Assembly (NCBI GenBank): GCA_041666225.1
Contig: JBAYHJ010000005.1
Location: 2,320 to 66,319, forward strand
Length of the DNA: 64,000 nt
Source of the DNA: Minisyncoccota bacterium
GTDB lineage: Bacteria > Patescibacteriota > Minisyncoccia > Phycocordibacterales > UBA9973
Reading direction: 5' to 3'
In this document: positions 31,124 through 40,282 of the stretch, in pieces
How positions within the stretch are numbered: position 1 is the stretch's first letter
Layout: every line of letters begins with the position of its first letter
Notes under the pieces: generated by a model
What the model was told of the DNA's origin: nothing
Database searches by the model: none
The model's input: only the letters and a program-made list of their open reading frames with translations
Program-made: the position numbers and the translations under genes

Positions 31124-31956
31124 ATAATCTCTCCTTTAAATACAAAAATCGCGGGACCACGAAGGATTATTTCTTCGTGGTTTTTTGATACATAAAGTTT
31201 TCCACCAGGGAATTCTAAGGTAATTTCTTCTGGTCCTAAGCATTGCTTAGGACTAAGTTTATTTAAGATTGCGTAAACTGCACAAGCACCAGTACCACAG
31301 GCAAGAGTTTCTCCACATCCACGTTCCCATACTTTAACTTTATAATTTGTATCATCAATTTTTTCTACAAATTCAACATTTATTTTATTTGGGAAATGAT
31401 AGTCATTTTCTATTTCTGGCCCAATGGTTTTTATATTAAAATTATTTAAACTATCTACTATTACAACAGCATGAGGATTACCCATTGAAACACATTCCAT
31501 TTCTAACTCTTCTAAATTCAAAACCCCATTAGGAAAATCATCATGTTCGAATACAGGAATTCCCATATTCACAGAATATGTATCATCTTCATTGCATATA
31601 ATTTTTTTTATTCCAGCTCTAGTATCGATATATATTTCAGAATTGTTGGAAGTCCGACTTCCAACAATTTGACTAAGATAGAATTTTGCGGTACATCTGA
31701 CTCCATTACCACACATTTCAGCTTGCGTTCCGTCAGAATTATAATAATTCATAAAACAATCCGCCTTCGCTTGGCTTCGGCGAGACAAGTCTGCATTGTC
31801 TGATTTTTCTATAAGGATTAGTCCATCAGCTCCAACACCAAAATGCCTATCACAAATTAACTTAATATAATCTGGTTTAAGATCAATATCTCCCTCAAGA
31901 TTATTAATCATAATAAAATCATTCCCAGCACCGTGATATTTATAGAAATTAATCAT
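31120..31956 (-). CDS. dapF: Diaminopimelate epimerase (with in-frame palindromic inserts)
   Basis: KYHGAGNDF, EMCGNG, MGNPH, ERGCGETLACGTG. Confidence 0.96.
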   Translation of the reverse strand: MINFYKYHGAGNDFIMINNLEGDIDLKPDYIKLICDRHFGVGADGLILIEKSDNADLSRRSQAKADCFMNYYNSDGTQAEMCGNGVRCTAKFYLSQIVGSRTSNNSEIYIDTRAGIKKIICNEDDTYSVNMGIPVFEHDDFPNGVLNLEELEMECVSMGNPHAVVIVDSLNNFNIKTIGPEIENDYHFPNKINVEFVEKIDDTNYKVKVWERGCGETLACGTGACAVYAILNKLSPKQCLGPEEITLEFPGGKLYVSKNHEEIILRGPAIFVFKGEII

Positions 31957-32008
31957 ATTTTCTATTATACCCTGTAGTAGAATTTATTAAAAATGTTATA
32001 CTTAATAT

Positions 32009-32461
32009 ATGATTTATATAGGAAGTGACCATGCTGGTTACGAATTAAAAGAAAAATTAAAAATATTTTTAGCTGAGTTAAGCTATAAGGTTATTGATAA
32101 GGGAGCATTTAAAAAAAATAGTGATGACGATTATCCTGACTTTGTTATTCCTGTTGCAGAATCTGTGGCTCAAGACCTTGGAAGTTTTGGAATAGTTATA
32201 GGTGGAAGTGGACAAGGAGAAGCAATGTCCGCAAATAAAATAGATGGAGTTAGAGCAACAGAATACTACGGTGGCGATCCTGAAATTGTAAAAGTATCAC
32301 GCTTACACAACGATGCAAATATTTTATCGCTTGGGGCTCGTTTTGTATCAGAAGAAGAAGCGAGAGAAGTAGTTACTCTATTTTTAGAAACAAAATTTAG
32401 TGGAGAAGAAAGACATATTAGAAGACTCAACGAAATTAAAGAAGAAGAAATTAATAATTAA
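32009..32461 (+). CDS. rpiB: Ribose-5-phosphate isomerase B
   Basis: GSDHAG, DDDYPD, GGSGQG, HNDAN. Confidence 0.93.
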   Translation: MIYIGSDHAGYELKEKLKIFLAELSYKVIDKGAFKKNSDDDYPDFVIPVAESVAQDLGSFGIVIGGSGQGEAMSANKIDGVRATEYYGGDPEIVKVSRLHNDANILSLGARFVSEEEAREVVTLFLETKFSGEERHIRRLNEIKEEEINN

Positions 32462-32503
32462 TTAAACTAGTCACTAAAAACTAGATACTAGAACCTAATC
32501 TAT

Positions 32504-33190
32504 ATGACCGAAATAACCCCAGCTATACTCGTAAGAGATTTCAATGAATTAAATGAAAAATTAGCAAAATTTGTAAACATATCAAATATAGTACAAATAG
32601 ATATTTGTGATGGTAATTTTGTTTCAACTATTTCATGGCCAATGAATCCTCGCGATCGAGAAAGTGTTCAATCAGTGTTGGATGAGGAAAATGGATTACC
32701 ATTTTGGGAACAATTGGATTTTGAATTTGATCTCATGGTCTTAAATGCTCACAAACAATTTGATTTTTTCGCTCGACTTGGAGCAAAGAGAATTGTTTTT
32801 CACTTAGAGGCGGAAACAGAAACAGATTTTAAAGAATTCCTAGAATCACTTGATCCATATTTTAAAGATAATATTGAAATTGGAATTGCTATAAACACAA
32901 TAACTAATATAAGTAAACTTGAACCATTTATAAACTATGTAGATTTTGTTCAATGTATGGGCATAGAACATATCGGACATCAAGGAGAAGAATTTGACGA
33001 AAGAGTCCTTATTCAAATAAAAAATTTAAAAACAATATATCCAGAGCTAAAGATAAGCGTAGATGGCTCTGTTAATGAAAATACAGCTCCCAAACTTATT
33101 GAAGCTGGTGCAACTAGGTTAGTAATTGGCTCAGCATTGCGTCAAAGTTATGACATACGAGAAACTTTTAAAGAATTTCAAAATTTATAA
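32504..33190 (+). CDS. rpe: Ribulose-phosphate 3-epimerase
   Basis: QIDICDGNFV, VDGSVN, GSA. Confidence 0.88.
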   Translation: MTEITPAILVRDFNELNEKLAKFVNISNIVQIDICDGNFVSTISWPMNPRDRESVQSVLDEENGLPFWEQLDFEFDLMVLNAHKQFDFFARLGAKRIVFHLEAETETDFKEFLESLDPYFKDNIEIGIAINTITNISKLEPFINYVDFVQCMGIEHIGHQGEEFDERVLIQIKNLKTIYPELKISVDGSVNENTAPKLIEAGATRLVIGSALRQSYDIRETFKEFQNL

Positions 33191-33229
33191 TTCATAAAGA
33201 AAAATGATACAATAATTGTGAGAGAATAA

Positions 33230-33340
33230 AAGCTACACAAATTATAATAACAAAAAACTCCTCGGATCTCCTCGCCGAATCCCTTAAGAAGCTCGGCCAG
33301 ACATTTTTTCATAAAATAATTTGTTTCACTTAAAATAACA
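33230..33340 (+). repeat. Conserved-flank/variable-core intergenic element, copy 2
   Basis: Flanks match 3515-3637; different GC-rich core. Confidence 0.8.
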
Positions 33341-34177
33341 ATGGAAAATTTAACTGACGAAAAAATTAAAGAATTAAAAATAATAGCAAATAATATCCGC
33401 AAAAGTATTATTGAAATGCTTCTTGAGGCAGGTTCTGGTCACACAGCAGGAGCATTGGGAATGGCAGATATTTTTACTTCACTTTATTTTCATATACTAA
33501 AACATAAACCCAAAGAACCACTATGGGTAAATCGTGATAGATTAGTCCTTTCAAATGGTCATATTTGCCCTGTTTTATATGCATCCATGGCTGAAGCTTC
33601 CTATTTTCCAAAGGAAGAATTAAAAACTTTAAGACAATTTGGCTCGCGTCTACAAGGACATCCACATCGTGAATTTATGCCATGGTTAGAAACTTCCTCG
33701 GGACCACTCGGATCTGGACTTTCACAAGCTGTTGGAATGGCTATCGCAGATAAAATATATGGTGGAGATAAAACAATATACGCACTATTATCTGATGGGG
33801 AACATGATGAAGGAAATACTTGGGAAGCAATAATGCTTGCCAATAAAGAAAAACTTTCAAACTTAATCGTAATCGTTGATAGAAATAGTATTCAAATAGG
33901 TGGAAATACAGAAAAGGTTATGCCTCTTGGTAATTTAAAAGAAAAATACCAATCATTTGGATGGAATATTTTTGAAGTGGACGGTCATGATTTTTGGGAA
34001 ATTAATAATGCGATTTATAATGCTAAAAAAAATAAAGACAAACCATCTGTAATAATTGCACATACAATACCAGGGAAAGGAGTCCGAGAATGGGAAAATG
34101 ATTACCGTTGGCATGGTAAAGCTCCTAATAAAGAAGAAGCAGAAATGGCATTGCGCGGATTAGGAGCTAGTTTATAG
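33341..34177 (+). CDS. Transketolase N-terminal subunit
   Basis: GSGH, RDRLVLSNGH, LQGHP, SDGEHDEG TPP motif. Confidence 0.95.
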   Translation: MENLTDEKIKELKIIANNIRKSIIEMLLEAGSGHTAGALGMADIFTSLYFHILKHKPKEPLWVNRDRLVLSNGHICPVLYASMAEASYFPKEELKTLRQFGSRLQGHPHREFMPWLETSSGPLGSGLSQAVGMAIADKIYGGDKTIYALLSDGEHDEGNTWEAIMLANKEKLSNLIVIVDRNSIQIGGNTEKVMPLGNLKEKYQSFGWNIFEVDGHDFWEINNAIYNAKKNKDKPSVIIAHTIPGKGVREWENDYRWHGKAPNKEEAEMALRGLGASL

Positions 34178-34207
34178 TGATTGGTTTCTATATAACAATA
34201 AAAATAC

Positions 34208-35206
34208 ATGTTAAATCAAAATTTAAAACTTAATACAAAAATATTCAATACTGATTTGGAAAAAATTTCAACACGCCAAGGTTTTGGTGAGGGGTTACTT
34301 AAAGCAGGAAGTGAAAATGAAAATATTGTTGTGTTAAGTGCAGACTTAGAAGAATCAACAAAAGTAAATATTTTCGCTGAGAAATTTCCTGATAGATTTA
34401 TTGAGCTAGGCGTAGCAGAACAAAATTTAGCATCAGTTGCAAGTGGAATGGCTTCTATGAGAAAAATTCCGTTTATTGCTTCTTATGGAATATTTAGTCC
34501 AGGTAGAAACTGGGAACAAATTCGTACAACTATTTGTTACAACAATCAACCAGTAAAAATTATTGGTTCACACACCGGCCTTTCTGTAGGACCCGATGGA
34601 GGAAGCCATCAAGCATTGGAAGACATAGCTATAACCCGCGTGATACCAAATATGGTTGTAATATCACCTTGTGACGCCATTGAAGCAAAAAAAGCAACAA
34701 TAGCATGCTCTTTAACAAAAGATCCTACTTACATTCGTTTAACTAGAAATAATACGCCCATAATAACTACGAATGAAACTCCATTTGAGATAGGAAAAGC
34801 TCAAATAGTTTTTATTCCTGAAATAGGTCTTGCTCATGTTGGAATAATTGCCACAGGCCCAATATTATATAAAGCGATTGTAGCTGCACGTGAATTAGAA
34901 AAGAAGGGAATTAAGGTCAAGGTTATGAATTTGTCGACTATTAAACCATTAGATAATGATGCTGTAATAGCACTAGCAAAAGAAACTAGAGCCATAGTGA
35001 CAGTAGAAGACCACCAAATTGCTGGAGGTATGGGAAGTGCTGTTGCAGAATGTATCGCACAAAATTATCCTATACCAATAGAATTTGTTGGAGTAAAAGA
35101 TAAATTTGGCCAATCAGGAAAGCCCGAGGAATTAGAAAAATATTATAAAATTGATGATTTAAATATAATTGAGAGTGTTAAGAAAGTAATTAAAAGAAAA
35201 GTCTAA
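34208..35206 (+). CDS. Transketolase C-terminal subunit
   Basis: GVAEQN, GPDGGSHQALED, VEDH. Confidence 0.95.
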   Translation: MLNQNLKLNTKIFNTDLEKISTRQGFGEGLLKAGSENENIVVLSADLEESTKVNIFAEKFPDRFIELGVAEQNLASVASGMASMRKIPFIASYGIFSPGRNWEQIRTTICYNNQPVKIIGSHTGLSVGPDGGSHQALEDIAITRVIPNMVVISPCDAIEAKKATIACSLTKDPTYIRLTRNNTPIITTNETPFEIGKAQIVFIPEIGLAHVGIIATGPILYKAIVAARELEKKGIKVKVMNLSTIKPLDNDAVIALAKETRAIVTVEDHQIAGGMGSAVAECIAQNYPIPIEFVGVKDKFGQSGKPEELEKYYKIDDLNIIESVKKVIKRKV

Positions 35207-35208
35207 AA

Positions 35209-35520
35209 TTAATTTTCTTTCTTAATTTTTGCAATTTTATCTTTTAGAATTTGTATTGATCTTTCAACCTCTAATATTTCGAACGAGATATCTATTGTAT
35301 CTTTTTGGCTAGTATAATCATTAAGAGAATCAATCAAATTAATTTTTTCTTTTTCTTTTTTTTCTAGTTCAGAAATATAGAAAAAAGCATTTTCAGGTTT
35401 GTTCTCAAGCATTTTCTTATATTCCTCAAAACTTACTTTATTAAATACTTTTTTCACTTCGAGCCCCTTAGGAATGTTATTTTCTGGCTCATTTTTTCCA
35501 ATTTTATTAAAGTCTTCCAT
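35209..35520 (-). CDS. Hypothetical protein
   Basis: Charged 103-aa ORF co-oriented with pfkB. Confidence 0.6.
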   Translation of the reverse strand: MEDFNKIGKNEPENNIPKGLEVKKVFNKVSFEEYKKMLENKPENAFFYISELEKKEKEKINLIDSLNDYTSQKDTIDISFEILEVERSIQILKDKIAKIKKEN

Positions 35521-35526
35521 ATATAT

Positions 35527-36531
35527 TCAATTTATTTTACTTGGCTTATAATCCTCAGGTAAATTTTTTACCAATTCTTCAATTTGTTCTCTGTTTAATA
35601 AACCTTTATGTGGGCCAACTTCTGACACTACTGACATTGAATTTATTGCTCCCCACATTAGCGCAACAGAAGGTTCTTTCTCTAAAGATAAAGCCGATAT
35701 AAAAGCAGATGAAAATGCATCTCCAGCTCCTGTGCTTTCTATAGAATTTTTAATAACAGCTTTCATAAATAAAGTTTGCTCTCCATCATATAAATAAGAA
35801 CCATTTATATCATCAGTAATTATTACCATTTTGGGACCTAAATCGTATATCATCTTTAATAATTTAGAAATATCTTTTTCTTCTGTTTCTAATATCTTTC
35901 TAGCTTCCTCGTGGTTACATAAAAATACATCGGTCCGATTATAAATATCTTTAAGTTGCTCGTGTCCTAACTTAATCTGAAAAGTTCCTGGCTGAAAAGC
36001 AAGCTTAACTTTTATATGTCTTTTTAAATAATTAACTATTTCATCATGAAAACGTAATGAATTCTCTCCAAGTGAACTTAAATAAATCCAAGCAGGGGAT
36101 TGATATTCTTTTGATTCTTCAGTCTTTGTCCATTCATAATTATATTTTTCATGTTTTACTAAAATAGTACGTTCTTTTTCATACCAAAGAACATAATGAT
36201 AATTTGTAGGCTTACCTAATTCTATCTTTATAAAATTAGTGTCAACATTTTCTTTTTGTAATACATTCAAACAATCAATTCCAATCTGATCATCACCAAT
36301 ATTTGTCATCAGTGCTGATTTAAGCCCAAGCCTACTTGCAGAAACTGCCACATTGGAACTGTTCCCGGTAGCATGACAAATTTCAGCTGATTCATAAGGA
36401 ATTTTACCGCCATAATTAAGACATAGTTTGCAGTGATTGCCTTCTAAATCACATTTTTCTTCAGCATCTTTAATTTTAATAAAAACGTCTGTTGCTATGT
36501 CACCTATAGCTAAAATATCGATTTGTTTCAT
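35527..36531 (-). CDS. PfkB-family carbohydrate kinase
   Basis: GNSSNVA, STGAGDAF. Confidence 0.93.
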   Translation of the reverse strand: MKQIDILAIGDIATDVFIKIKDAEEKCDLEGNHCKLCLNYGGKIPYESAEICHATGNSSNVAVSASRLGLKSALMTNIGDDQIGIDCLNVLQKENVDTNFIKIELGKPTNYHYVLWYEKERTILVKHEKYNYEWTKTEESKEYQSPAWIYLSSLGENSLRFHDEIVNYLKRHIKVKLAFQPGTFQIKLGHEQLKDIYNRTDVFLCNHEEARKILETEEKDISKLLKMIYDLGPKMVIITDDINGSYLYDGEQTLFMKAVIKNSIESTGAGDAFSSAFISALSLEKEPSVALMWGAINSMSVVSEVGPHKGLLNREQIEELVKNLPEDYKPSKIN

Positions 36532-36537
36532 TTACTT

Positions 36538-36555
36538 ATTATATCATGATATAAT
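36538..36555. promoter_or_regulatory. Back-to-back extended -10 promoters (perfect 18-bp palindrome)
   Basis: ATTATATCATGATATAAT gives TGATATAAT on both strands, each 6 nt before an ATG. Confidence 0.75.
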
Positions 36556-36561
36556 ATTTTT

Positions 36562-37431
36562 ATGAAAACATTACGTGAATATATAAAAGAAGCAGAAGAG
36601 AAAGGTGTTGCTATTGGACATTTTAATATTTCTAATATTGAAGCACTTCATGGTATCTATGATGCAGCAAAAAAATTAAATCTTCCTATTATTATTGGAG
36701 TTTCTGAAGGTGAGGAAGAATTTATCGGTAGAAATGAAGTAGCCTCACTTGTAAAAATGATTCGTGAGAAAGATAATTATCCTATTTTCTTAAATGCTGA
36801 TCATCATTATACATTTGAATCTGTTAAAGGTGCACTCGACGCAGGATATGATGCTGCAATTATAGATGCTGTTAAATTACCACTTGAAGAAAATATTGCC
36901 CTTACAAAGAAATGTGTTGACTATGCAAAAGAATTAGGTGAAAAAGAGGGAAGAGATATTCTAATTGAAGCAGAGCTTGGTTTTATCGGCCAATCATCAA
37001 AACTTCTTGATGTTATCCCAGAAGGTATTAGTGAGGCTACAATGACCAAACCAGACGATGCAAAAACTTTTGTAGAACAAACTGGAATCAACTTGCTTGC
37101 TCCATCTGTGGGCAACATTCATGGAATGGTAAAAGGAGGGAACCCAAGACTAGATATAAATAGAATTAAAGAAGTTCGCCTTGCTTCTGGTGTGCCATTA
37201 GTACTACACGGTGGCTCTGGAATCGCTGATGAGGATTTTGTTAATGCAATTAAAGCTGGAATTTCAATTATCCATATTAATACAGAAATCCGTGTAGCTT
37301 ATAAAAAAGCACTCGAGAAGTATTTAAAAGAAAATCCAAATGAAGTTGCTCCGTATAAAATTCTCAAACCAGCAGTAGAAGCTATAGAGAAAGTAGTGGA
37401 ACAAAGATTAAAACTATTTAATAATCTATAA
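36562..37431 (+). CDS. fba: Class II fructose-bisphosphate aldolase
   Basis: NADH, EAELG, VGNIHG, VLHGGSG, INTE. Confidence 0.94.
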   Translation: MKTLREYIKEAEEKGVAIGHFNISNIEALHGIYDAAKKLNLPIIIGVSEGEEEFIGRNEVASLVKMIREKDNYPIFLNADHHYTFESVKGALDAGYDAAIIDAVKLPLEENIALTKKCVDYAKELGEKEGRDILIEAELGFIGQSSKLLDVIPEGISEATMTKPDDAKTFVEQTGINLLAPSVGNIHGMVKGGNPRLDINRIKEVRLASGVPLVLHGGSGIADEDFVNAIKAGISIIHINTEIRVAYKKALEKYLKENPNEVAPYKILKPAVEAIEKVVEQRLKLFNNL

Positions 37432-37451
37432 AAAGTTCGAACCCTAGTGGA

Positions 37452-37574
37452 GGAGCCATATAGACAAATCTACATTTATATGTTATTGTATGAACAATAA
37501 TAGTTTTTTTGACATCTGGTTTTATTGGTTCTCAGAGAAGATAAATTATTGTCTTTTGTGGGAACCAATTAAAA
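37452..37574 (+). promoter_or_regulatory. Unit 1 leader: sigma70 promoter, GTTTTTTTGACA motif and long hairpin
   Basis: TAGACA-17-TATTGT; hairpin 37524-37569; homologous to 38114-38168 joined to 39254-39318. Confidence 0.75.
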
Positions 37575-37584
37575 TTATATAGCC

Positions 37585-37956
37585 ATGCCAAGCATTACAC
37601 TGAAACTTCAATTCGTCGAAGATGGTATTATGAGTCAGAAATTGATTACAGAAATACGATCAGCGTTCATTCATGTGAAGGAATTAAACCTACAAGGGAA
37701 AGATCAAGCCATATTTATTAATGTTGTGTATACTCACAACGATCCAGTTTTCCCCGAAGGATTATTTGAAGCTGAAATAATTCTCAAAAAGAAACCCGAC
37801 AGAACAAAGAATGTCCTTGATCAGTTGGCCAAGAATGTTTATGGTGCAATTTCTGGTGTATTAAATCAGTATGAGTACCATGGATTTTTCGGCAGAGTGA
37901 GAACAATAACATTTCACCAAGACGAAGAAGGGTACGTTAGCTCAAAAAGTTTATGA
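37585..37956 (+). CDS. Hypothetical protein (unit 1 cargo)
   Basis: 123-aa ORF between promoter/hairpin and terminator. Confidence 0.7.
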   Translation: MPSITLKLQFVEDGIMSQKLITEIRSAFIHVKELNLQGKDQAIFINVVYTHNDPVFPEGLFEAEIILKKKPDRTKNVLDQLAKNVYGAISGVLNQYEYHGFFGRVRTITFHQDEEGYVSSKSL

Positions 37957-38023
37957 GATTTCAAAATCACGTATGAAGGTGACAGGTTAAGTTGATTTAC
38001 CTGAATTAAAGAACCAACACATG

Positions 38024-38049
38024 AGCCACTGAATAAAGGTGGCTTTTTT
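38024..38049 (+). terminator. Intrinsic terminator of unit 1
   Basis: agccact-gaataaa-ggtggct-ttttt. Confidence 0.8.
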
Positions 38050-38168
38050 ATTTCCCCACAATACTTATTCAAACTTCATCCCACCCAGTAGTTCATTTGG
38101 GTAAATGAAGTTCGGAGCCAACTAGACAAATCTATATTTATATGTTATTGTAAACATAATAATAGTTT

Positions 38169-39250
38169 CCTATTAAGAGCCCCCAAGCAGAACACTAACT
38201 AGTTAATAATGACTCCCTTAATAATACCACACTTTGTGGTCTTTTTTGTTTTTGTAACTCTCTATCAAATTCTTCTTGTGGTGTTTTAAAATTAAGACAG
38301 GTCATGTATTTGTTTCTAAGTTTCTCTTCAACCATTTTAAAATGAGATAGTGGAAAGGAAGACAAATCAGATTTTTTCTTAACATATCTTCGTATAGCTT
38401 TGTTTCTGTTCTCGACTGTACCTTTTTCATTAGGTGATTGAGGATGACAGAAATACACTGTTGCATCCAATAATTCAGAAAGTTCTTGATGTTTTTGAAA
38501 CGAAATATCATTATCTAACGTCAAACTTTTAACTGGAATATCAAATAGTAATTCTTCTATCAATCTATTCACATTTCTATTACTCCTATCCTCTAAATAT
38601 ACAAGGAATGGATATCTTGTTTTCCTCTCTACAAGCACAAGAAGTGATCCTTTACCATCTTTCCCGCTTTCAATGAAATCACCCTCGAAATGACCAAATT
38701 CTATTCGTTTTTCAATATGTTTTGGTCTTTTATCAATGAATACTCTTCCATCTATTCCTACACTTGTTCCTCTTTTCTTTCCAGTCTTTTTCTTAACAGC
38801 ATTACTATACAAACACTTCTCTATCTGTCTTCCATGAGGACTTTCTACGAACTTGTATATTGCCTTAGAACTGGCATATTCAATTCCTTTTTCTACATAT
38901 TTTAATCTTCCAGATATACCTTCAGGAGACTGATGATCTTTTATATTATCTACAACAAACTTTTGTAATTCTTTATTCATTGCTACCTTCAAGCAATCTC
39001 TCTTAGATTTCTCTCTTTTTACATCTGCCTTATGCTGTGCTTTTTTTGCATTGTAGATTCCACTTACACTATTGTTCTTAACCTCATTTGATATATTTGA
39101 AACACTTCTTTTTAATACTCTTGCAATCTCTCGCAAGCTTTTTCTTTGTCTCAAAAATCTTTCAATTTTCTTTCTATCGCCGAAACACAAATGCATATAT
39201 ATTCTCATAATTCTATTTTACAAGTGTTCTGCTTCAAAGGTAAATCTTCA
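38169..39250 (-). mobile_element. IS30-family insertion sequence A (1082 bp)
   Basis: Inner inverted repeat AAGCAGAACACT (38185-38196) / AGTGTTCTGCTT (39223-39234); outer ends placed by analogy to IS30 B; TTT on both sides. Confidence 0.85.
38195..39208 (-). CDS. IS30-family transposase
   Basis: N-terminal HTH; GHFEGD, TLDND, EKGTVENRN DDE motifs. Confidence 0.95.
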   Translation of the reverse strand: MRIYMHLCFGDRKKIERFLRQRKSLREIARVLKRSVSNISNEVKNNSVSGIYNAKKAQHKADVKREKSKRDCLKVAMNKELQKFVVDNIKDHQSPEGISGRLKYVEKGIEYASSKAIYKFVESPHGRQIEKCLYSNAVKKKTGKKRGTSVGIDGRVFIDKRPKHIEKRIEFGHFEGDFIESGKDGKGSLLVLVERKTRYPFLVYLEDRSNRNVNRLIEELLFDIPVKSLTLDNDISFQKHQELSELLDATVYFCHPQSPNEKGTVENRNKAIRRYVKKKSDLSSFPLSHFKMVEEKLRNKYMTCLNFKTPQEEFDRELQKQKRPQSVVLLRESLLTS

Positions 39251-39328
39251 TTTTTCGACATGTGTTTTAGTGGTTATCAGAGCAGACAATACTTTTGTCT
39301 CTTGTGGTAACCATTAAACAATATAATT

Positions 39329-39463
39329 ATGAGAGCTCTAATAAGCAAAGCAAGAAAAGTAATTTTTCTTCATGCAGTTAAAGCTGCAGGAATTGAAGAA
39401 AGGAAAAACTATGAAGGAGAATTGGGGTCAGAGAATTGGGGTCAGCCACTATTAATGATATAA
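39329..39463 (+). pseudogene. Truncated cargo ORF of unit 2 (MRALISKARK...)
   Basis: ATG follows the unit 2 hairpin; frame runs into the TIR element after about 29 codons. Confidence 0.5.
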
Positions 39464-40183
39464 TATTACTATGCCAAGAATAAAAAGAATTAATGTTGGA
39501 GGATATATATATCATGTTTTAAATAGAGCAAACGCTCGTGTACAAATTTTTGATAACAAAGAAGATTATAAACTTTTTGAAAATATTTTAGAAGAAGCTA
39601 TTAAGAAATTTAATGTAAAGATTTTAGCTTATTGTATTATGCCAAACCACTGGCATATGGTTTTGTATCCAGAAAATGAAGGTGATCTATCTATGTTTAT
39701 GGGATGGCTTACAAACACCCACACAAGAAGATGGCATACAAAAAAGGGAACTGTGGGACAAGGCCATCTCTATCAAGGAAGATATAAATCATTTATTTGT
39801 CAGGATGATAATCATTTTCTCACTTTAGTTAAATATGTTGAACAAAATGCAATGAAGGCTAATCTAGTTAAAAAAGCAGAAGATTGGGAATGGTCTAGTG
39901 TCTGGAGAAGAGAAAATGGAACAATTAAACAGAAAGAAATTTTATCAGCATGGCCAGTATTTAGACCAAAAGATTATTTATCTTGGTTAAATACAATTTT
40001 ACCACAAGAAAAAGGAGAAATTATTGAAAAATCTATCATTAAGAGTATCCCTTTTGGAGAAGATGTTTGGGTTAATAATACTGTAAAGAAATTTGGATTA
40101 GAACAAACACTAAGGAAAGTTGGAAGACCTAAAAATGGTGGCTGACCCCAATATCCTGACCCCAATATCCAATATCCAATATC
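39417..40183 (+). mobile_element. Y1 tyrosine transposase element with GGGGTCAG terminal inverted repeats (TIRtron-like)
   Basis: Perfect 15-bp inverted repeat ATTGGGGTCAGCCAC (39435-39449) / GTGGCTGACCCCAAT (40138-40152); 14-bp tandem duplications at both ends. Confidence 0.85.
39471..40145 (+). CDS. RAYT-like HUH (Y1) transposase
   Basis: YHVLNRAN, MPNHWH HUH motif, GHLYQGRY, YVEQN, WEWSS. Confidence 0.92.
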   Translation: MPRIKRINVGGYIYHVLNRANARVQIFDNKEDYKLFENILEEAIKKFNVKILAYCIMPNHWHMVLYPENEGDLSMFMGWLTNTHTRRWHTKKGTVGQGHLYQGRYKSFICQDDNHFLTLVKYVEQNAMKANLVKKAEDWEWSSVWRRENGTIKQKEILSAWPVFRPKDYLSWLNTILPQEKGEIIEKSIIKSIPFGEDVWVNNTVKKFGLEQTLRKVGRPKNGG

Positions 40184-40192
40184 TCGAACCTA

Positions 40193-40282
40193 TTGACTTT
40201 TTTGTGTAGTTTACGATATAATATAAACATAAATACGAAAAGGGATCCGAACGGTTAACTACCTAAGGAGCCCTTTTCTTTT
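40193..40282 (+). ncRNA. Candidate small RNA convergent on the NYN gene
   Basis: TTGACT-18-TATAAT promoter, no ORF, hairpin gaaaagggatcc/ggagcccttttc plus T tract. Confidence 0.45.

Noticed and set aside
29467-37431. gap-rpiB-rpe-split tkt-pfkB-fba cluster as novel
   Set aside because: Ordinary carbohydrate gene block for Parcubacteria-like genomes
37452-38168. Direct repeats here and the 3515/33230 element as a CRISPR array
   Set aside because: Only two copies each, spacing far too long, no cas1/cas2; the Cas4-like gene is stand-alone
38169-38184. IS30 A end CCTATTAAGAGCCCCC resembles the reverse complement of the unit 2 ORF start (39331-39345), hinting at guide-like targeting
   Set aside because: Gapped partial match in AT-rich DNA, with no equivalent match found for IS30 B
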